From an uncultured archaeon (GTDB lineage: Archaea; Halobacteriota; Halobacteria; Halobacteriales; Haloferacaceae), in contig CAKZPG010000096.1 in assembly GCA_937138675.1 (NCBI GenBank), positions 1-59,584 of the forward strand: DNA of 59,584 bases, given 5' to 3'. Positions 19,552 through 29,405 of the stretch are shown piece after piece. Positions within the stretch are counted from its first letter, which is position 1. Each line of letters starts with the position of its first letter. Below the pieces are notes generated by a model, which had not been told where the DNA came from, searched no databases, and worked only from the letters and a program-made list of their open reading frames with translations. Made by a program: the position numbers and the translations under genes.

Positions 19552-20457
19552 ATGGGAATTCGGTGTCTGTTCGGTCACGACTTCGGGGGGCGGGAGGTGG
19601 AACGCGACCGCCGCGAGGACGGCGACGAAGTGGTCGTCGCCTACCGAACGGTCGAGACCTGTGAGCGCTGTGGAAGCCGGCGCGTGGTCAGCGAGAACAA
19701 GGAAATAAAGCCGATCAGGTCGGTCAGCGACGCGGCAGAGCGCGATCTGGCGACTCCGGGGACCGGCGTGGAGCCCTCGTCAGGGGAGCCGGCGTCCCCC
19801 GAGACAGGCGAGGCCCGGACCGCTCCTGCCAAGACCGACGGGGCGACGCCGGAGAGTGTCGCCGCACCGGTCGGTGGCGGCACGGCCGACGCGTCCGAGG
19901 ACGCGGCGATCATTATCGACGACGCGCCGTCCGGGCTGGGCAACGGCGGCACGGAGCGGTCGGCCGGCGGTAGCGCAACTGACGCGACCGACGCGACCGA
20001 CGCGACTGACGCGACTGACACAGGCGGCAGCGCAGAGAGCCAGCCCTCCGAGCTTAACGCCGCTGTTGCATCCGAACCGGAGACGGAACTCCTCGATGGG
20101 AGCGCAGACGGCGCGTCGGGCGACGAGACGTCGGCGGACGACGCGGACGCCTGGCCAGAGACCGGGGCCGACGACGGGTTCGACGCCGACTCCCCGACCG
20201 CCGGTGGGCCGAGTGTCTCGACCGACCCCGACAGCTCGCCGGTTCCGTGGCCCGAACGAGACGGTATCGAACAGGATCGGAACGGGACGAAGTTCGTCCG
20301 GTCGGCGTCGGAGACGCCGGCTCCTGATGTAGCCACCGAGTTCCACTGCCCGAACTGCAGGGCCACCCGGCCGTCGTCAGCTTCGTCGCTCCGTTCGGGC
20401 GACATCTGCCCGGAGTGCCGGAAGGGCTACCTCGCGGAACGGTCAGTCAAGCGCTGA
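19552..20457 (+). CDS. Acidic protein with N- and C-terminal zinc ribbons and a disordered linker
   Basis: ATG 19552 (MGIRCLFGHDF...) gives 301 aa. It has CxxxH...CxxC at the N-terminus and CPNC...CPEC at the C-terminus. The roughly 200-aa Asp/Glu/Ser/Thr/Pro-rich linker includes a (TDA) repeat. The upstream 287 codons of the ORF are antisense read-through. Confidence 0.7.
   Translation: MGIRCLFGHDFGGREVERDRREDGDEVVVAYRTVETCERCGSRRVVSENKEIKPIRSVSDAAERDLATPGTGVEPSSGEPASPETGEARTAPAKTDGATPESVAAPVGGGTADASEDAAIIIDDAPSGLGNGGTERSAGGSATDATDATDATDATDTGGSAESQPSELNAAVASEPETELLDGSADGASGDETSADDADAWPETGADDGFDADSPTAGGPSVSTDPDSSPVPWPERDGIEQDRNGTKFVRSASETPAPDVATEFHCPNCRATRPSSASSLRSGDICPECRKGYLAERSVKR
19978..20019 (+). 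repeat. 9-bp in-frame tandem repeat (ACN GAC GCG), about 4.5 copies, encoding TDATDATDATDATD
   Basis: Read directly from the sequence: act gacgcgacc gacgcgacc gacgcgact gacgcgact gac. Confidence 0.9.
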
Positions 20458-20498
20458 GCGGACGAAACGCGTAAACGGCCTCCGCATAAAGCGGGCGC

Positions 20499-20885
20499 GT
20501 GAAGCAGTTCAAGATGCGCCGAGGCGAGTACCTTGAAGAGCGAATGCCTGACCTGCGGGCGAGCGTTGAGGAGTACTTCGGCGAGGTGACGGGCACGCAG
20601 GCGGTCGGCGGTCACGAACTGTTCGTCGTCAAGAGCCCCGACAACCCCGTCTTCGAGAAGATCCTTGTCGGCGCGGCCGCCTACGAAGGAAAGAAGGATC
20701 AGCTGGCGGTTGAGTTCAACGAGCGCGACCCCGCCGAGTTGATCGCCGAAGGGAACGTCGACGCCGCGGAAGACGCCGTTGAGGTGAAAAACGAGTTCCT
20801 TCTTGAGGCAACGGGCCGCGACGCGAAGTCCCGGCGCGAGTCCATGAAACGAGACGTTGAGGACGACGCGCCCGACGCCTCCTGA
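20499..20885 (+). CDS. Conserved-looking acidic cytoplasmic protein, function unknown
   Basis: 128 aa from GTG 20499; an alternative ATG at 20514 gives MRRGEY... Acidic composition and high third-position GC. No motif recognised. Confidence 0.6.
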   Translation: MKQFKMRRGEYLEERMPDLRASVEEYFGEVTGTQAVGGHELFVVKSPDNPVFEKILVGAAAYEGKKDQLAVEFNERDPAELIAEGNVDAAEDAVEVKNEFLLEATGRDAKSRRESMKRDVEDDAPDAS

Positions 20886-20930
20886 CCACGGTCGTCCACG
20901 CTTAAGTGGATGGCCCGTCGAATCGGGGGC

Positions 20931-21392
20931 ATGTCAATCGAGACTGTGCTGGTGGTGGTCGGCGACGAGGACGAGCAACGGGCTGAGACGCTGGCGCGCG
21001 TTGCCGCTGAGGAGACCGTGCCGTCTGGTGCAGAAGCCATCGTCGCCTACGCCTTCACCGAGGAGGAGTTCGGCGACGCAGTCCAACAGTTTGGCTTCGA
21101 CCGCTCGGCCGACCAGCTCACCCCGGGTGATGTCGCTGACCGCGTTGCCGGGGTTCAGGCCGCACACAGCTATCTGGAGGACAAAGGCGTCGACACGTCG
21201 GTCCACGCCAGGATCGGTGAGGCCGGCCCCGAGACGTTCGTCAAGATGGCCGAGAGCCGTGGGGCCGACCGCGTGGTCGTCGGCGGCGACCGTCGGTCGC
21301 CCGCTGGGAAGGCTGTCTTCGGCAGCGATGCACAGACGGTCCTTCTCGACGCACCCTGTCCAGTCGTCTACGTCCGCGGCGACGCCGCGTAG
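20931..21392 (+). CDS. Universal stress protein (UspA family)
   Basis: MSIETVLVVVGDEDE... start at 20931 (the ORF also allows 20910). C-terminal USP pattern RVVVGGDRRSPAGKAVFGSDAQTVLLDAPCPVVYV. Confidence 0.8.
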   Translation: MSIETVLVVVGDEDEQRAETLARVAAEETVPSGAEAIVAYAFTEEEFGDAVQQFGFDRSADQLTPGDVADRVAGVQAAHSYLEDKGVDTSVHARIGEAGPETFVKMAESRGADRVVVGGDRRSPAGKAVFGSDAQTVLLDAPCPVVYVRGDAA

Positions 21393-21443
21393 CGCGCGTC
21401 GCATCCACACGACTCAAGTGCGCCGCCCGCGGCCCTCGGTTTA

Positions 21444-22403
21444 ATGGCGCACTACCTCGGCGTCGACCTCGGGGCGTCGAACGTGCGTGCCGCCATCGGC
21501 GACGACGAGGCAACCGTCGTTGGGCAGGCACGCACACAGACGCCACGAACAAGCGGTATCGACGTTACCGAGGCTGTTCTCTCCGTCTCCCGCGAGGCCT
21601 GCGCGGAGGCTGGGGTCAACCCCTCGTCTGTTGTCGCGGGCGCGGTCGGCTCAATCGGCCAGCTCGACCTCGCTGAGGGCCTCGTCGACAGCCCGGCAAA
21701 CCTCCCCGATACTGTGGGGCAGGTCCCACTCGCTGGGCCGCTCTCGACACTTGTCGACGGCGAGGTCCACCTTCACAACGACACCGCCGCGGGCGTCATC
21801 GGGGAGCGCTTCTTCGCCGAGGCAAACCCCGACGACATGGTCTATCTCACTATCTCCTCGGGCGTTGGCGCGGGCGTCGCCGCCGACGGCCGGGTGGTCG
21901 CCGGCTGGGACGGCAATGTCGGCGAGGTTGGCCACATGGTCGTCGACCCCGAGGGCCGGATGGAGTGTGGCTGTGGTCGGCCGGGGCACTGGGAGGCGTA
22001 CTGCTCCGGCGAGAACGTCCCGCGATACGCCCGCGAACTGTACGACGGTGAGGGGACCAGCCTCCCGCTCGATGGCAACCTCACCGCCGCTGACGTCTTC
22101 AATCACGCTGACGACGACGAGTTCGCCGCCCGCGTCGTCGACCGAATCGGCAAGTGGAACGCCCTCGGTGTCGCGAACGTCGCCGTCGCGTACGCGCCGA
22201 TAGTTGTTTACGTCGGCGGTGCCGTCGCCCTCAATAACCCCAAGAAGGTGCTTGGGCCGATTCGCGACCAACTCGCCGACCTCACCTTTGTTAACGTCCC
22301 CGAGGTCCGCCTCTCGGCCCTCGGCGACGACGTGGTGGTGAAGGGCGCGGTCGCCAGTGCGATGACCGACGGCACCGGTGACCGGTCACGACTCCGGCGC
22401 TGA
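21444..22403 (+). CDS. ROK-family sugar kinase (probable glucokinase)
   Basis: 319 aa. N-terminal ATP motif LGVDLGASNVR. ROK zinc signature GEVGHMVVDPEGRMECGCGRPGHWEAYCSG. Confidence 0.85.
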   Translation: MAHYLGVDLGASNVRAAIGDDEATVVGQARTQTPRTSGIDVTEAVLSVSREACAEAGVNPSSVVAGAVGSIGQLDLAEGLVDSPANLPDTVGQVPLAGPLSTLVDGEVHLHNDTAAGVIGERFFAEANPDDMVYLTISSGVGAGVAADGRVVAGWDGNVGEVGHMVVDPEGRMECGCGRPGHWEAYCSGENVPRYARELYDGEGTSLPLDGNLTAADVFNHADDDEFAARVVDRIGKWNALGVANVAVAYAPIVVYVGGAVALNNPKKVLGPIRDQLADLTFVNVPEVRLSALGDDVVVKGAVASAMTDGTGDRSRLRR

Positions 22404-22407
22404 CAAC

Positions 22408-22416
22408 TTTTGTTTT
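22408..22416 (+). terminator. Oligo-T signals after the ROK kinase gene
   Basis: CTTTTGTTTTC begins 5 nt after the stop codon. Confidence 0.4.
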
Positions 22417-22475
22417 CAGCCAGCACCGGCGATATGAACCGAAACGTATCAATCTGTGCGCGCGCATGATAGAGT

Positions 22476-22838
22476 ATGGATATTGACCCGTCGGGCGGGA
22501 GCGACGGCAAAGACTCGGGCGACACTCTCCACGACCGCGTCGAACGGTGGCTCGTCGCGCAGATGCCGATCATCCAGATGCACGGCGGGACAAGCGCGGT
22601 TCGGGAGGCAAACCCCGCGACTGGAGAGGTCGTCGTCGAACTCGGCGGCACCTGCTCCGGCTGTGGGATTAGCGACGTCACCGCCCAGAACATCCGCGCG
22701 GACCTAATTACCTCCTTCCCAGACGTTGACAACGTGACGGTGCGGGTGCCTTCGTCTGGTGACCACGGCGACGCTACCGTCGAGGGCGGCCGCGGCGGCG
22801 AACTCCGTCACGAGACCGAGTCCGCGGACCATTTCTGA
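22476..22838 (+). CDS. NifU-like Fe-S cluster assembly domain protein
   Basis: 120 aa. [35 protein letters not shown] matches the NifU C-terminal domain with its CxxC. Confidence 0.8.
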   Translation: MDIDPSGGSDGKDSGDTLHDRVERWLVAQMPIIQMHGGTSAVREANPATGEVVVELGGTCSGCGISDVTAQNIRADLITSFPDVDNVTVRVPSSGDHGDATVEGGRGGELRHETESADHF

Positions 22839-22858
22839 GCGGGCCGCGCCTGTCCCCG

Positions 22859-24283
22859 TCACCCGCCCCGGAGCGCCCGTTCCACCCCGCTCGCAACCTC
22901 GCGCGCTCTGTCTGCGAGCGCCTCCGGCACCGTCCCCGACTCCTCGGCTATGTCGAGTTCGTTGTCGTCCACTCGCTCGACCGTCCCGTCTGGCTGGCGT
23001 ACCACGTCCACGTGTAGGTCGACGTACCGCACGGCCGACGGGAAACACTCGACTGGCGTACAGACGTTGACGTACGTCCCCTTCGACTCGCCCTCTGTCG
23101 AGCGGTAGGTCGTCGGGTACCACCACCGGCCCTCGCGGACCTTCGTCAGCGCTCGGTCCCCTGCCTCGCGGTCGGTACCTAGACCGTCGTACGTCCCGCT
23201 ACCGCCGATTGTCCGCTCAACCGCGAGCGTGCCGTCGCTCCCGCGCTCGACAACCTCGCCGTGACCGAGGGTGATCAGTTGCCCGCTCGGCTTCCCGTGT
23301 TCGATCGCGACCCGGTCGCCCGCACGGGGGCCGAACTGGTCGGTCACCGTCTCGAACGGGAACTCCTCGCCCGTCGCGCCCCCACAGAGCGCCTCCGCGA
23401 GGTCGACCCCTGCGCTCGCGGCCTCGGTCGCGGCTTTCGTCCGGTGGTGGCCGGGCATCGTTGGCGTTACTTCGCGGCGTCGCTCGTCAAGTCCTGTCCG
23501 GGCGTCGCGGCCAAACCAGACAAACGTCGTCGCGAGCGGCCTCGTGACGGGGCCGGGATCGCCCGGGTCGCCCGCCAGTGCGTCGCCCATCATCCGTGCG
23601 CGCTCGTTCGCAGCCTCGACTGCCGCCGTCAGCGTGTCGAGCGTCGCCTCCGTCGCCGCCCGAGAGAATCGAGCGCCCCACCCGTCGGCAGGGCCGACGC
23701 CGGCCATGTCAAGCAGACCGGCTACCTCGCGCGCGATCGACTCGTCGCGCGCGTCGACGCGGACGCCGCTCGCCCCGCGTACGAGGTCAACCAGCCCCGT
23801 CCGGACCCGCGTCTCGCCGTCCAGCCGTGGTTCACCACCAAGCCACGGTGGGGCCGGCGTCGCCACCTGGACCCGCAGTCGGTCGCCCGTCTCGACGTGT
23901 TCGTCAACCCGGCCAAACGGGAGCCGTCCGGTCCCAACCCCGAGGTCGCAGGTCGCGGCCCCCCGTTCGGTCCCGGTCACCTCGACGTCGAACACGCCGT
24001 CGAGGGGCGCCGCTGCGTCCCAGGCAAGAGCGTCGATACCGACCGACCGGCAGATGTCAGCCGCCCGGGAGACCGCATCTGGGGCGCCCGTCACTATCAC
24101 ACCCTGGCGGTCGTCCGTCGTCCCGAGCCGGACGTCTGCACGGCCGCCGCCGTCGACGGCGTCCTCGTCGTCGAACCGGTCGCGGATGGGGCCGGACGCC
24201 TGAACGATACCCGTCTCGTCGTCGGCAGTCACAAGCGCACGGGTGAGCGCCGTAGCGTAGATACCACGGACACGTGTCTTCAC
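22859..24283 (-). CDS. FAU-1-type RNA-binding protein / probable RNase E/G-like ribonuclease
   Basis: 474 aa. The N-terminus MKTRVRGIYATALTRAL and overall length fit archaeal FAU-1. DUF402-like C-terminal region. Confidence 0.75.
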   Translation of the reverse strand: MKTRVRGIYATALTRALVTADDETGIVQASGPIRDRFDDEDAVDGGGRADVRLGTTDDRQGVIVTGAPDAVSRAADICRSVGIDALAWDAAAPLDGVFDVEVTGTERGAATCDLGVGTGRLPFGRVDEHVETGDRLRVQVATPAPPWLGGEPRLDGETRVRTGLVDLVRGASGVRVDARDESIAREVAGLLDMAGVGPADGWGARFSRAATEATLDTLTAAVEAANERARMMGDALAGDPGDPGPVTRPLATTFVWFGRDARTGLDERRREVTPTMPGHHRTKAATEAASAGVDLAEALCGGATGEEFPFETVTDQFGPRAGDRVAIEHGKPSGQLITLGHGEVVERGSDGTLAVERTIGGSGTYDGLGTDREAGDRALTKVREGRWWYPTTYRSTEGESKGTYVNVCTPVECFPSAVRYVDLHVDVVRQPDGTVERVDDNELDIAEESGTVPEALADRAREVASGVERALRGG

Positions 24284-24387
24284 CGCATCCCCTCCTCGTC
24301 CATATCCGAAGTCCGAGCGCGGGGGGCTTGAACCGACTGGCTCACCGCCGACGCCGGATACAAGATGAACGGGAGTGACAAACTGAT

Positions 24388-25449
24388 ATGTCGAATCGTC
24401 GCGATCCGATCGCAGAGGCCGCGGACGACGAAGTCGACCTGTACGGGATCGCGACGTGGGAGCCGCGGTCGCTCCTTGACCGGATCGCGGTGGCCATCTA
24501 CCGCGCGATCGTCTTTGGCGCCCGCGGCGTGGTCCTGCTCGTCGGCCTCGCTCTGTTCGTCGGGATCGGCGGGTTCAGCGCGCTCACGGACCCGCGAGTC
24601 GGGCTCCTAACCGCGCTCTCGGCGGTGCCGGCGCTCGGCCTCGCAGGCTACGTTTACTTCACCGACGTGACGGACGGCGAGCCGGTCGAACTGCTCGTGC
24701 CGACCTTCCTGCTCGCTATCCTCACCGCTACCTTCGCGGCTGTCGTCAACACCGTTGCCCAATCGGCTCTCGGGTTCGGCGCAAGCAGCGGTCTGGTCCT
24801 CTCGACGATCTTTTTCTTTTTTGTCGTCGGCCCCGTTGAGGAGACGGTGAAACTGCTCGCCGTCCGTCTGTACGCCTATCGGCACGACCACTTTGACACG
24901 GTCGTCGACGGCGCGGTGTACGGCGCGGTCGCGGGCCTTGGCTTCGCGTTCATCGAGAACGCCCTTTATATCACCCGGCAGGTCGACGGGCAAGCCCTCC
25001 GCTTCGGTCTTGAACTCATCGGCGCCGGAGGCGGCATCGCTGCGATTCGGGCGCTCGCTGGCCCGGGCCACGTTATCTACTCCGCGGTTGCCGGCTACTA
25101 CCTTGGCCTCGCGAAGTTCAACCCCGAATACCGCGGGCCGCTGGTGATCAAGGGGCTGATCCTCGCGGCGGCAATCCACGGGCTCTACAACTCTACCGTT
25201 GGCATCGGGTCGGGCGCACTCCAGTCCATCACTGGTCTTGGCACGCTCAGCTCATTCCTCGGGTTCGTCGTGATCTTCGACGGCCTGTTTGCGCTCCTCC
25301 TGCTAAACAAGATACGCCGGTACAACGGGGCGTTCCGGTCGGCGTCGTCCGGGATAGCGGCGGGCGAAGATGCTCTTGATGAACAGATCGACGACTCGTG
25401 GCGCGAGGATGCTCACGATGAGCCGATCGACGAGCGCTATTTCTGGTAG
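24388..25449 (+). CDS. PrsW-family intramembrane protease
   Basis: 353 aa polytopic. PrsW motifs VGPVEETVKLLAV (EE), FAFIEN, and the conserved His in AAIHGLYNS. Confidence 0.8.
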   Translation: MSNRRDPIAEAADDEVDLYGIATWEPRSLLDRIAVAIYRAIVFGARGVVLLVGLALFVGIGGFSALTDPRVGLLTALSAVPALGLAGYVYFTDVTDGEPVELLVPTFLLAILTATFAAVVNTVAQSALGFGASSGLVLSTIFFFFVVGPVEETVKLLAVRLYAYRHDHFDTVVDGAVYGAVAGLGFAFIENALYITRQVDGQALRFGLELIGAGGGIAAIRALAGPGHVIYSAVAGYYLGLAKFNPEYRGPLVIKGLILAAAIHGLYNSTVGIGSGALQSITGLGTLSSFLGFVVIFDGLFALLLLNKIRRYNGAFRSASSGIAAGEDALDEQIDDSWREDAHDEPIDERYFW

Positions 25450-26039
25450 CCTTCGACAAGCGACTCGACGTACTTGGCGACCACGTCGACCTCGACGTGA
25501 ACCGGATCGCCCGACTCCATCTCTGAGAGCGCGGTTAGGTCGTATGTCGTCGGAATAACCGCGACACCGACCGTCTCGGCGTCGCGTTCTGCGACAGTCA
25601 GGCTAATGCCGTCGAGCGCGATCGACCCCTTCTCGACGACGTACCGGCCGACCCCCTCGGGCAACGAGAACGCGAACCACCAGTCGTCGCCGACACGCTC
25701 GACCGACTCGACGGTCCCCACGCCGTCGACATGGCCCTGGACGAGGTGGCCGTCAAATCGGCCGTCGGCCGCGAGTGCGCGTTCGAGATTAAGTGGGTCG
25801 CCAGCCTCAACCGTCCCGAGGTAGGTCTTCTCCAGTGTCTCCACGGCCGTGAACACCTCGAACCACGAGCCGTCGTCGGCGAACTCCTCAACTGTGAGAC
25901 AGGCGCCCGAGAGGCTGATCGACTGACCGTGACCGAGGTCAGCCAGTGGCTCAGCGGGCGCGACCCGGAGTCGCCGACCTCCCTCGCTCTCCGTGACACG
26001 ACGTACCCGTGCGACCCCCTCGACGATGCCGGTAAACAC
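25437..26039 (-). CDS. ribE: Riboflavin synthase (alpha chain type)
   Basis: 200 aa with a GTG start, (M)FTGIVEG... N-terminus, and two internally repeated barrel halves (GACLTV / GISLTV). The 3' end overlaps the prsW 3' end by 13 nt. Confidence 0.9.
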   Translation of the reverse strand: MFTGIVEGVARVRRVTESEGGRRLRVAPAEPLADLGHGQSISLSGACLTVEEFADDGSWFEVFTAVETLEKTYLGTVEAGDPLNLERALAADGRFDGHLVQGHVDGVGTVESVERVGDDWWFAFSLPEGVGRYVVEKGSIALDGISLTVAERDAETVGVAVIPTTYDLTALSEMESGDPVHVEVDVVAKYVESLVEGYQK

Positions 26040-26224
26040 GTCTGGATCTCGGGACGCGTGGGAAAATCGATTTCGTTCCGCGCGCGCTGCGCAACCGCAA
26101 AAGCGGTTGACAGCCCCAGGTCAGCTACGGCTGTGTGTCGCCGACTGAGCGATCCAGCGCAGACGGCTGCCACGGACGCCGACCGAGAGTAACTACTATT
26201 GACTGGTCGACTCCTACCTATTCT

Positions 26225-26470
26225 GTGCGTCTCGGCATCCTTGATACGGTCGGTCTCGCCGGCACCCTCGTCTTTGCTATCCCGGCAGCGCTGCTCGGCG
26301 TTGAGTTCGTCGTCTCCGGCACCCGCCCGTTCGTCGGCTGGGTGCTGATAGTCGTCGCCGTTCTGATGGTGGTCCTGCCGCGCTACGTTGTCAGCCCGAG
26401 TGACGTCCCCGAGCGTCTCGCTGGCAAGGCCGTCGACCGTGCTCTCGGCGACGACGAGGATCAGAAGTAG
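26225..26470 (+). CDS. Small two-TM membrane protein
   Basis: ORF 26135..26470. The in-frame GTG at 26225 (VRLGILDTVGLAGTLVFAIPAALLG...) gives 81 aa with an acidic tail. The upstream part is basic. Confidence 0.55.
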   Translation: MRLGILDTVGLAGTLVFAIPAALLGVEFVVSGTRPFVGWVLIVVAVLMVVLPRYVVSPSDVPERLAGKAVDRALGDDEDQK

Positions 26471-26507
26471 CGTCACTCACGGCAGCCCGAAGGCGACGCT
26501 CATGGCA

Positions 26508-27521
26508 TCAGCCGTGAGAGGACTCCGATCCTCTCCCGAGGACCCGTGCGCCCGCACCCTCCTCGCCGACAACGAGCGTGTCCGCCACCCGCACCACCTC
26601 CTTTCTCTCGGGCACTCGAGCCGCCGGCGCAACGACAAGCGTGGAGCCCGGGTCGAGCGTCGCGTCAGTCCCGACGAGCGGCGCTTCCCGGCGAGCGAGC
26701 CCCGTCCCGGCGACGACGACACCGTCGACGGCGTCGACGCCGAACGAGCCGAGTTCGGCCCGCACTTCGTCGGCCAGCCAGTCGACGTCAGTCTCCGGTG
26801 TCGCCTCGCCCACGGCGACCCGGAGCGCCGACTCCGCCGCGACCTGCGCGCGCCGTACCGCGCCCCCGTCGCCCCCGACGACGAGCGTCCGTGCCATCCG
26901 GGCGTGGTAGCCCGCGACTCGCGCCGTCGTGTCGATGACGACCGGTGACCCGACTTGGAACACGCCGTCGACCCGGACCGCCGGTGTCGCGCCCGCATCG
27001 GCGACGGCGCTCGCCACGCGCCTGCGAAGGCGCTCGCCCGGCGTACTGTCGTCACCCGGCACGACCGGCGCGTCCGCCCCATCGGCTGTCAGCACCTCAC
27101 GGGCGCACTCAACTCCCTCGCGCGCCGCCTGGGCGGCGTCGGCGAGCATCGTCTGTTCGGCCTCGTCTTTCCGTGTACGGGCATCGGCGACTGCCGTCGT
27201 TGAGCGCAAGTCGTGTCCCGACTGTTCGACCCGGAGCGCCGCGTCGTGGGGCAGGTGACGCGGCGCGTGAACGACGTCTGAGCCGGGGAGCGCGTCCGCA
27301 AGGGCGACGGTCGGGTCCCCGTCGGTCATTTCCACGCGGCCCGTCACTGCGCGCGTGAACACCAGACTCGCCGACTCGGATACGTACAGCGTCGGCTCGC
27401 CGTTACAGAGGAGATAGGCACAGGGCTCGGGCGGCAGCGGCGCGCCGACCAGCCACCGCAGGTCGGGGTCACCCGCGCGTCCGACGTGGACGAACGGAGC
27501 GTCGGTCTGAAGACGACGCAC
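26508..27521 (-). CDS. M24 (pita-bread fold) peptidase/creatinase-like protein, metal ligands apparently not conserved
   Basis: 337 aa with an M24-like C-terminal half. Canonical GYxSDxTRT reads GYHARMARTL here. Canonical HGxGHxxGLxxHE reads VAGTGLARREAP (alignment by eye). The start lies 4 nt after the helicase stop. Confidence 0.65.
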   Translation of the reverse strand: MRRLQTDAPFVHVGRAGDPDLRWLVGAPLPPEPCAYLLCNGEPTLYVSESASLVFTRAVTGRVEMTDGDPTVALADALPGSDVVHAPRHLPHDAALRVEQSGHDLRSTTAVADARTRKDEAEQTMLADAAQAAREGVECAREVLTADGADAPVVPGDDSTPGERLRRRVASAVADAGATPAVRVDGVFQVGSPVVIDTTARVAGYHARMARTLVVGGDGGAVRRAQVAAESALRVAVGEATPETDVDWLADEVRAELGSFGVDAVDGVVVAGTGLARREAPLVGTDATLDPGSTLVVAPAARVPERKEVVRVADTLVVGEEGAGARVLGRGSESSHG

Positions 27522-27525
27522 CGCC

Positions 27526-29358
27526 TCAGTCGGTCGCCGCCGGCTCTGCTCGGAGCGTGTCGACTATCTCCTGAGGCTCTTGCTCGCGAATCTCGTTGTG
27601 GAGAAGAACGCTCACGGGGAGCGTCGGGGCACCCTTAATGAGATTCTCGAGGATAACTAGTCGCTCCCGCGCACGGGACATCCCGACGTAGAACACCCGG
27701 CGCTCGTTGTCGGTCAGGATTGGGACGGGACTGGTCGAGAGATCGAAGTCGACCTCTGCGCCCCCCTGTGCGGCGCTTGCGGCCATCTGCTCGACAACCT
27801 TCTCGGTGAGATCAGTCGAGAGGAAGACGTGGTCGGCCTCTCGCCCCTTCGCGCTGTGGATTGTGCCAACACGGACACGCTGAGGGTCCATTCCGATGTA
27901 ATCGTGCGTAAAGTAGGCCTGAACAGACTTGCGCTGGAAGCTCGTGACCTTCCGGAGCATATCGCTCGCAGAGGCGCGGTCGGGCGCGAACGGTGCGATG
28001 TCGGCCACCGTCGCCGGGTCGATCGCTATCTCCGTGAGGTCGTCCGTGTCGGCAGCCTCCTTGGCCTTCTCAATGGCCTCGTAGAGTTCGTCGCGGTCGT
28101 TCGAGCCGAACGCCGATGTTTTGAACATGTCTGCAACGCGGCGCGCCTCAAGCCCGGTGAGTTGCTTGTTGTCGTCGAGCTTCTCGATGCCGTTGACGTA
28201 CTCTTTGAGTCGGTCGGTCCACATCCGCTGGTCGGTGAGACAGGAGAAGGGGATCCCCTTCGGAGTGAACTCGTCGATAAAGTCAAACATCTGGTAGCGT
28301 GCGCGAAAGAGGACCATCACGCTCTCGTCGGTCCGGTCGACTGTGTGGACGACGTTACGCACGAGATTGAGGATCGACTTGTCTGCCTGAGCCTCAACGA
28401 CGCCGCCATCCTTGCGGGGGTTGAGGTCTTTCTCCTGTCGCTTATCGATGTGGCGAATTGACGTGTTCACTGCGTCGAGAACGTTCGACGGGAGCCGGTA
28501 GGAGTTCGGGAGGATGATATCATCGTCGGGGTCAGCATCCAGCAGGAGGTTTGGGTCCGCGCCCTGCCATGCGTAGACGACTTGGTCGTCGTCGCCCGCG
28601 ATCAGCACCTCCTCCACGTGGGGGCGCCACTCTTCGTACACCTCGTGCTGTAAGGTCGTGATATCCTGAAACTCGTCGATCACCAGATAGTCGACGTGCG
28701 GAACGAGCGAGCGCTGTTTGACTCGTTTTAACATGTCGGCGAAGCCGACCAGCTCTTCGTTGCCCTTGTACGACCGCCACGCACGGATTGCCTCGGGAAC
28801 GTCGATCCGGTCGTCGGAGGAGGGCCACGTCGGCGTGTACTTGTTCCCTTCGAGGGAGTTGGGGTCTCTCTCTGGCGGGAGGCGAACCTCCTCGACGTCC
28901 CATTTGAACGGCACGTCGTACCAGTCGGCGACGTCGCGGTCCGTCCGCTGGAGCCACTGACTGGTCGCGATTATCTTGTTCCCGATGGTTGTTGACCGGG
29001 CAGTGCGCCGGCCGCCTCCGGAGTATTCGTCCTCAAACTCGATACCGTAGTCTTCGCAGAACGCCTGCTTGTCGTCGTCGCCGACGACGCCGCCCCGGGA
29101 GAGATTGAGCAGTTCGTACGCCTTCGCGTGCATCGTACAGACGTTTCCCTGCAGAGCTCGGGGAGTGGTGTCGAGACGCTCGGCGAGGCGTTCTCGCACC
29201 TCGGCCGCCGCAGCGCGCGTGTACGACACCACGAGAACGTCTCGAATCTCGACGTCGTCGCGGGCGAGGATCTCCTCGACGCGGTCAAGGAGCGCAGTCG
29301 TTTTTCCGCTCCCCGGCCCTCCGAACAGCCGAGTGAGGGTCCCGCCGTCTTTGGACAT
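27526..29358 (-). CDS. UvrD/Rep-like superfamily-1 DNA helicase
   Basis: 610 aa. Walker A GGPGSGKTT, motif II VIDEFQD, YAWQGA, TIHSAKGREADHV and YVGMSRARERL. Confidence 0.88.
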   Translation of the reverse strand: MSKDGGTLTRLFGGPGSGKTTALLDRVEEILARDDVEIRDVLVVSYTRAAAAEVRERLAERLDTTPRALQGNVCTMHAKAYELLNLSRGGVVGDDDKQAFCEDYGIEFEDEYSGGGRRTARSTTIGNKIIATSQWLQRTDRDVADWYDVPFKWDVEEVRLPPERDPNSLEGNKYTPTWPSSDDRIDVPEAIRAWRSYKGNEELVGFADMLKRVKQRSLVPHVDYLVIDEFQDITTLQHEVYEEWRPHVEEVLIAGDDDQVVYAWQGADPNLLLDADPDDDIILPNSYRLPSNVLDAVNTSIRHIDKRQEKDLNPRKDGGVVEAQADKSILNLVRNVVHTVDRTDESVMVLFRARYQMFDFIDEFTPKGIPFSCLTDQRMWTDRLKEYVNGIEKLDDNKQLTGLEARRVADMFKTSAFGSNDRDELYEAIEKAKEAADTDDLTEIAIDPATVADIAPFAPDRASASDMLRKVTSFQRKSVQAYFTHDYIGMDPQRVRVGTIHSAKGREADHVFLSTDLTEKVVEQMAASAAQGGAEVDFDLSTSPVPILTDNERRVFYVGMSRARERLVILENLIKGAPTLPVSVLLHNEIREQEPQEIVDTLRAEPAATD

Positions 29359-29405
29359 TGGTATACGACTAGACGGCGGGGCAGATAAGTGACGTGGCTA
29401 CCCGC

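Noticed and set aside
26058-26110. The palindrome AAATCGATTT (within 26061-26075) and the hairpin CAACCGC-aaaa-GCGGTTG (26091-26109) upstream of ribE, considered as a possible riboflavin-responsive element.
   Set aside because: The AT-rich palindrome sits about 27 nt upstream of the GTG start and is most simply the TATA box of a leaderless ribE. It shows no resemblance to an FMN riboswitch.
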